DNA of 64,000 bases from Felis catus. Lineage: Eukaryota. The stretch's first letter is position 1, and each line of letters starts with the position of its first letter. The position numbers and the translations under genes were made by a program. Location of the stretch: the NCBI RefSeq assembly GCF_018350175.1, contig NC_058368.1, positions 94,056,001 to 94,120,000 of the forward strand. The letters run 5' to 3'. Under the pieces are notes generated by a model, which had not been told where the DNA came from, searched no databases, and saw only the letters and a program-made list of their open reading frames with translations. Shown here piece by piece: positions 60,181 to 64,000 of the stretch.

Positions 60181-60968
60181 GTGTTGGAGTGCTTAAAAAA
60201 ATAGTAGGTAATTAACAGGTGTTGATTTCTTAAATTATACATTTTCTTGTGCATAAAAACACAAATTAGGTATCATTCCATTTTTTAATAAGTGACCATG
60301 GTGAGGCTCGTGCACTTTAAGATGATCAGCAGAGGGTGGTAGAGGGTTTGATGAGAAGTAAATACAGATTCGGTGGTAGGAGCCAGGCGGGGAAGTGAGG
60401 GAGGTGGGTGCGGAGGTCAGGTAGGGGTGAGGGATATTGTTAAGGGGTGAGGGGAGGACGCAGTAACTCCTGGGGCCTTTGGGGGCCCAAACCCTCCGCA
60501 TGCGGAAAAGGAGCTCTAAGGAGATAAGATCTGGGGGAGACTGCACTTTCCTGAGAACTGGGCCAGAAACAGAAAGCTTATTTGTGTCTGTGAGTGGAAG
60601 GAGGAATGAATTTCAAAGTAGGAAAGGTGGGTTCTATTTTCTGACTCGTGAGTTTGCACACGTACACACCATGTGACGTGATACAAACCACTAAAAAACA
60701 GTGTGGCATTATCTAATAAAGCAGAAGATACATACATATGCCTAGAAATTCCACTTTGCTTCTACTTTACAATGTATACTTTAGAGCAGTGCTTCTCAGA
60801 GTGTTCTCCAAAGAACCACCCCCCAACCCCTCCCAGGGGGTCTGAGATTACCTGCAAGAGGCTTTTATTCATCATATTTTCCAACCAAAACAACAAATAA
60901 TGGATTGAATGTAAAAGCAGATGAGCACCCAGCTTCTTGTATGAATCGAGATATTAAAGAGATTTACA

Positions 60969-61186
60969 GGGGCGCCTAGGGTGGTGCAGTCGGTTAAGCG
61001 TCCGACTTCAGCCAGGTCACGATCTCGCGGTCCGGGAGTTCGAGCCCCGCGTCGGGCTCTGGGCTGATGGCTCAGAGCCTGGAGCCTGTTTCAGATCCTG
61101 TGTCTCCCTCTCTCTCTGCCCCTCCCCCGTTCATGCTCTATCTCTCTCTGTCCCCAAAATAAATAAAAACGTTGAAAAAAAAATTT
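60969..61186 (+). mobile_element. Young SINEC_Fc SINE
   Basis: CpG-intact; perfect 15-bp TSD ttaaagagatttaca (60954-60968, 61187-61201). Confidence 0.93.
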
Positions 61187-61369
61187 TTAAAGAGATTTAC
61201 AAAAACGTATAGCAACGTCACTCATCACTAAATTTTTATTTGGAAAATATAAATTTTCTAATATGTAAATATAGTTATATGTAAATAACTACATATTTAA
61301 TATATATAAATAAAATATATAATATAAATAAATACAAAGCTCTTTTTCATTTAGAATGTTATGTTGACA

Positions 61370-61824
61370 TGTATAATGGGTTGAATTGTGTCCCCCCAAA
61401 AAACTTGTCCAAGTCCTCACTCCACATCCCAGTGAATGAGACCTTACTCGGAAATAGGGTTTTTTGCAGAAGTAATTAAGTTAAGGATCTTGACTTGAGA
61501 TCACCCTGGATCTAGGCTGGTCCCTAAATCCAGTGACTGGTGTCCTTAGAAAAGAGAGGTACATAGAAACACACAAACACAGACATATAGGGAAGATGTC
61601 ACGTGAAGTCAAAAGCAGAGATTGGAGTGATATGTCTACAAGCTAAGGATGCCAAGGATCACCCACAGCCACCAGCAGCTAGGAGAAAAGCCTGGAACAT
61701 TCTCCCTCAGAGCCTCCAGAAGGAACTTCTGGCCTCCACAACTCTGAGAGAACAAATTTCTATTGTTTTAGTCCACCACATTTGTGGCAACTTGTCATGG
61801 TGGTCTCAGGAAACAAATAGAACA
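61370..61824 (+). mobile_element. MaLR (MLT1B/C-like) LTR
   Basis: tgtataatgggttgaattgtgtcccccc...ggaaatagggt...gcagagattggagtgat...ctccctcagagcctccagaagga...ggaaacaaatagaaca. Confidence 0.8.
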
Positions 61825-61855
61825 TGTAATGGGTTTATTATTGTTATTGTTATTT

Positions 61856-62051
61856 TACTTACTTTTTAAAATGTTTATTTACTTTTGAGAGGGGGGAGGG
61901 CCAGAGAGAGAGGGAGACACAGAATCAGAAGCAGGCCCCAGGCTCTGAGCTGTCAGCACAGAGCTGGACATGGGGCTTGAACTCACAAACTGTGAGATCA
62001 TGACCTGAGCTGAAGCCTGATGCTTAACCGACTGAGCCACCCAGGTGCCCC
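61856..62051 (-). mobile_element. SINEC_Fc-type SINE
   Basis: Reverse consensus; TSD ttattgttatttta. Confidence 0.9.
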
Positions 62052-62650
62052 TTTTATTGTTATTTTAAATGAATTATTCAATATGAATTTGTAAGTGTCT
62101 TGGATCTCAGTAATTTAAAATTTAAAATTTTAAAAAATTAATTAATTAATTAAATGTAATTTATTTACTTTTTAAATTGTAAGATTTCGGGATCCAGAGT
62201 TGCTTTAGAGAAATTCCCGCACAAGTATACTAGGATACTTATATAAGAATGAAATCAAAGCCTAGTCATAGTTCTAAACTGGAAATACTCCAAATATCCT
62301 TAATCTGGGGTATATTCATAAGATGAGACATTATGTAACAATAAAAGTGAACAGATTATAGTTACCTAGGACAATAAGGGGGTATGGGGGGGGGAGATCT
62401 TATAAACATAATGCAAAATAAGCTAGGCTAAAAGAAAATCATACGCAATATAAAGGCTGACAATAGTCAAGACTGAAGGATATGGCTTTCCCTGATATAT
62501 GGTGAAGCTATCCAAGGTATCAAGGGAATGATTATCTCAAATGTCAGGATAGATAGTCAGGGGGTGGTAAGTGGGAAGCAACATTAGATGGGGAAGGTGG
62601 GGGGCTTCCTCTGTGCTGGCAATACTCTTTTCCTTGATGTAGGGGGTGGC

Positions 62651-63073
62651 TTTTTCTAATGTTTATTTATTTTGAGAAAAAGAGAGTGAGCAAGGGAGAG
62701 GCAGAGAGAGAGGGAGACAGAGAATCCCAAGCAGACTCTGTGCTGTCAGCTCAGAGCACGACTCCGGGCTTGATCTCACCAACCTTGAGATCATGATCTG
62801 AGCCAAAATCAAAAGTCGGATGCTGGGGCACCTGGGTGGCTGAGTCGGTTAAGCGGCTGACTTCGACTCAGGTCATGATTTCGCGGTCCGTGAGTTCGAG
62901 CCCCGTGTCGGGCTCTGTGCTGACAGTTCAGAGCCTGGAGCCTGTTTCAGATTCTGTGTCTCCCTCTCTCTGACCCTCCCCTGTTCATGCTCTGTCTCTC
63001 TCTGTCTCAAAAATAAATAAACGTTAAAAAAAATAAAAAAGTCAGCCGCTTAACCTGAGTCACCCAGGCAGCC
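62651..63073. mobile_element. Minus-strand SINE split by a younger plus-strand SINE (62825-63040)
   Basis: Host resumes after the insert; imperfect TSD aaaagtcggatgct/aaaagtcagccgct. Confidence 0.88.
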
Positions 63074-63792
63074 CTGACCTGTATTTTCATTTTATTTTAG
63101 TATTTGCATTTTATAATTCCTTGTTAAACTTATATATTTTATATACTTTTCTGTAAATTATATTTCACAATCAAAGAAGAAAAGATTAATAGCAAAAGTG
63201 GGAAGTGGGTATATGGGGAAGAATTGTGTTTATTTTTGCCAATCAATCTACCCCTCTAAATAAAAGCAGAAAATGAATAAAACCAGATTCTTGCCCTTGG
63301 AGTGTTCATAATCTAGAAAATATCCATTTAATTTTGTTCCATATTTTGAGTTTTCCCCTCATTTCTCAGAATTATTATAAGAATCAGTGAAGGCATATGT
63401 GAAATATCTTTACAAAATACACAAATTGATATGATCTCTATGTCAGGTACACACTCTTCCTAGAGACTACAAAATATAACAAGGAACAAATAAACTGTGA
63501 TCTGCTCAGCTTGTAGTGAACACAGCAATGGAAATTTTGACCCGAACCGTCTTTGAGCCTCGGTAGTCTTAAATTCCTTCCTAATGGAGGACGTATGGTG
63601 TAATGTGGGACAAGTTACTTAAACCTTTCTGAAGCCCAGTTTCTTCAGCTATAAGAGGGAAATAATAATACCTGTTTTGAAGGTGGCTGAGAGGATTGAA
63701 ATACATAAGATCCAAATAGCACACTTGAAACTGCTCAGAATGCAGTAGAAACTCTGTAATTCTCCTTCAAAAGACTACTATTTTGGGGGGGG

Positions 63793-63953
63793 TATGGTGT
63801 CTGGGTGGCTCAGTTGGTTAAGCCTCAGACTTGGTTTCAGCTCAGGTCATGATCTCACAATTTGTGGGATCAAGCCCCGCATCAGGTTCTGTGCTGACAG
63901 CTCAGAGCTTACTTGGGATTCTCTGTCTCCTTCTCTCTCTGCCCCTCTTCAGC

Positions 63954-63991
<38 letters not shown>

Positions 63992-64000
63992 GTTCTCTCT
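63793..64000 (+). mobile_element. SINEC_Fc-type SINE with internal (CA)n, cut by the window edge
   Basis: Consensus head. Confidence 0.88.

Larger units (their letters stand above)
60788..62090. mobile_element. hAT-Charlie-like DNA transposon relic hosting nested insertions
   Basis: cagtgcttctca start; attaaagagatttacaaaaacgta...catgtaatgggtttattattgttatt resembles the Charlie1/MER33 end; recalled, not searched. Confidence 0.5.

Noticed and set aside
1..64000. CRISPR array, rRNA, operons or other prokaryotic-type systems
   Set aside because: None seen; the recurrent ~200-bp repeats are dispersed SINEs in both orientations in eukaryotic DNA

Overview
Mammalian genomic DNA from a carnivore, almost certainly a felid, judged by about 55 tRNA-derived SINEC_Fc-type SINEs plus L1, L2, MIR, LTR and DNA-transposon relics. 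It holds two tandem minus-strand genes. TMED7 (p24 gamma3/p27 cargo receptor) has 3 coding exons (58890-59081, 53295-53540, 49151-49387; 224 aa), a CpG-island promoter at ~58.9-59.6 kb and a likely poly(A) signal at 46412-46417. TICAM2/TRAM (TLR4 adaptor) has a single coding exon (16487-17191, 234 aa) and a non-coding first exon inferred in the CpG island at ~33.4-34.2 kb. The splice signals for the known TMED7-TICAM2 read-through (TAG) are present. An exon-3 internal donor TG|GTCAGT (49260) gives an in-frame 403-aa fusion with a Cys junction if joined to an acceptor inside the TRAM CDS (17132). Joined to the normal TICAM2 acceptor (17249), the same donor creates a TG|A stop and a 188-aa TM-less protein. 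Other notable points: an in-frame upstream ATG that would mask TRAM myristoylation, two more uATGs in the 58-nt leader, Pro at the position of human TRAM Ser16, a ~74-bp tandem duplication in the TICAM2 promoter, a possible GC-AG first intron, and a 12.7-kb SINE-free zone over TMED7. I see no wholly new gene system. The novelty, if any, lies in lineage-specific regulation of this known read-through locus. Human comparisons and repeat family names are from memory, not a search.
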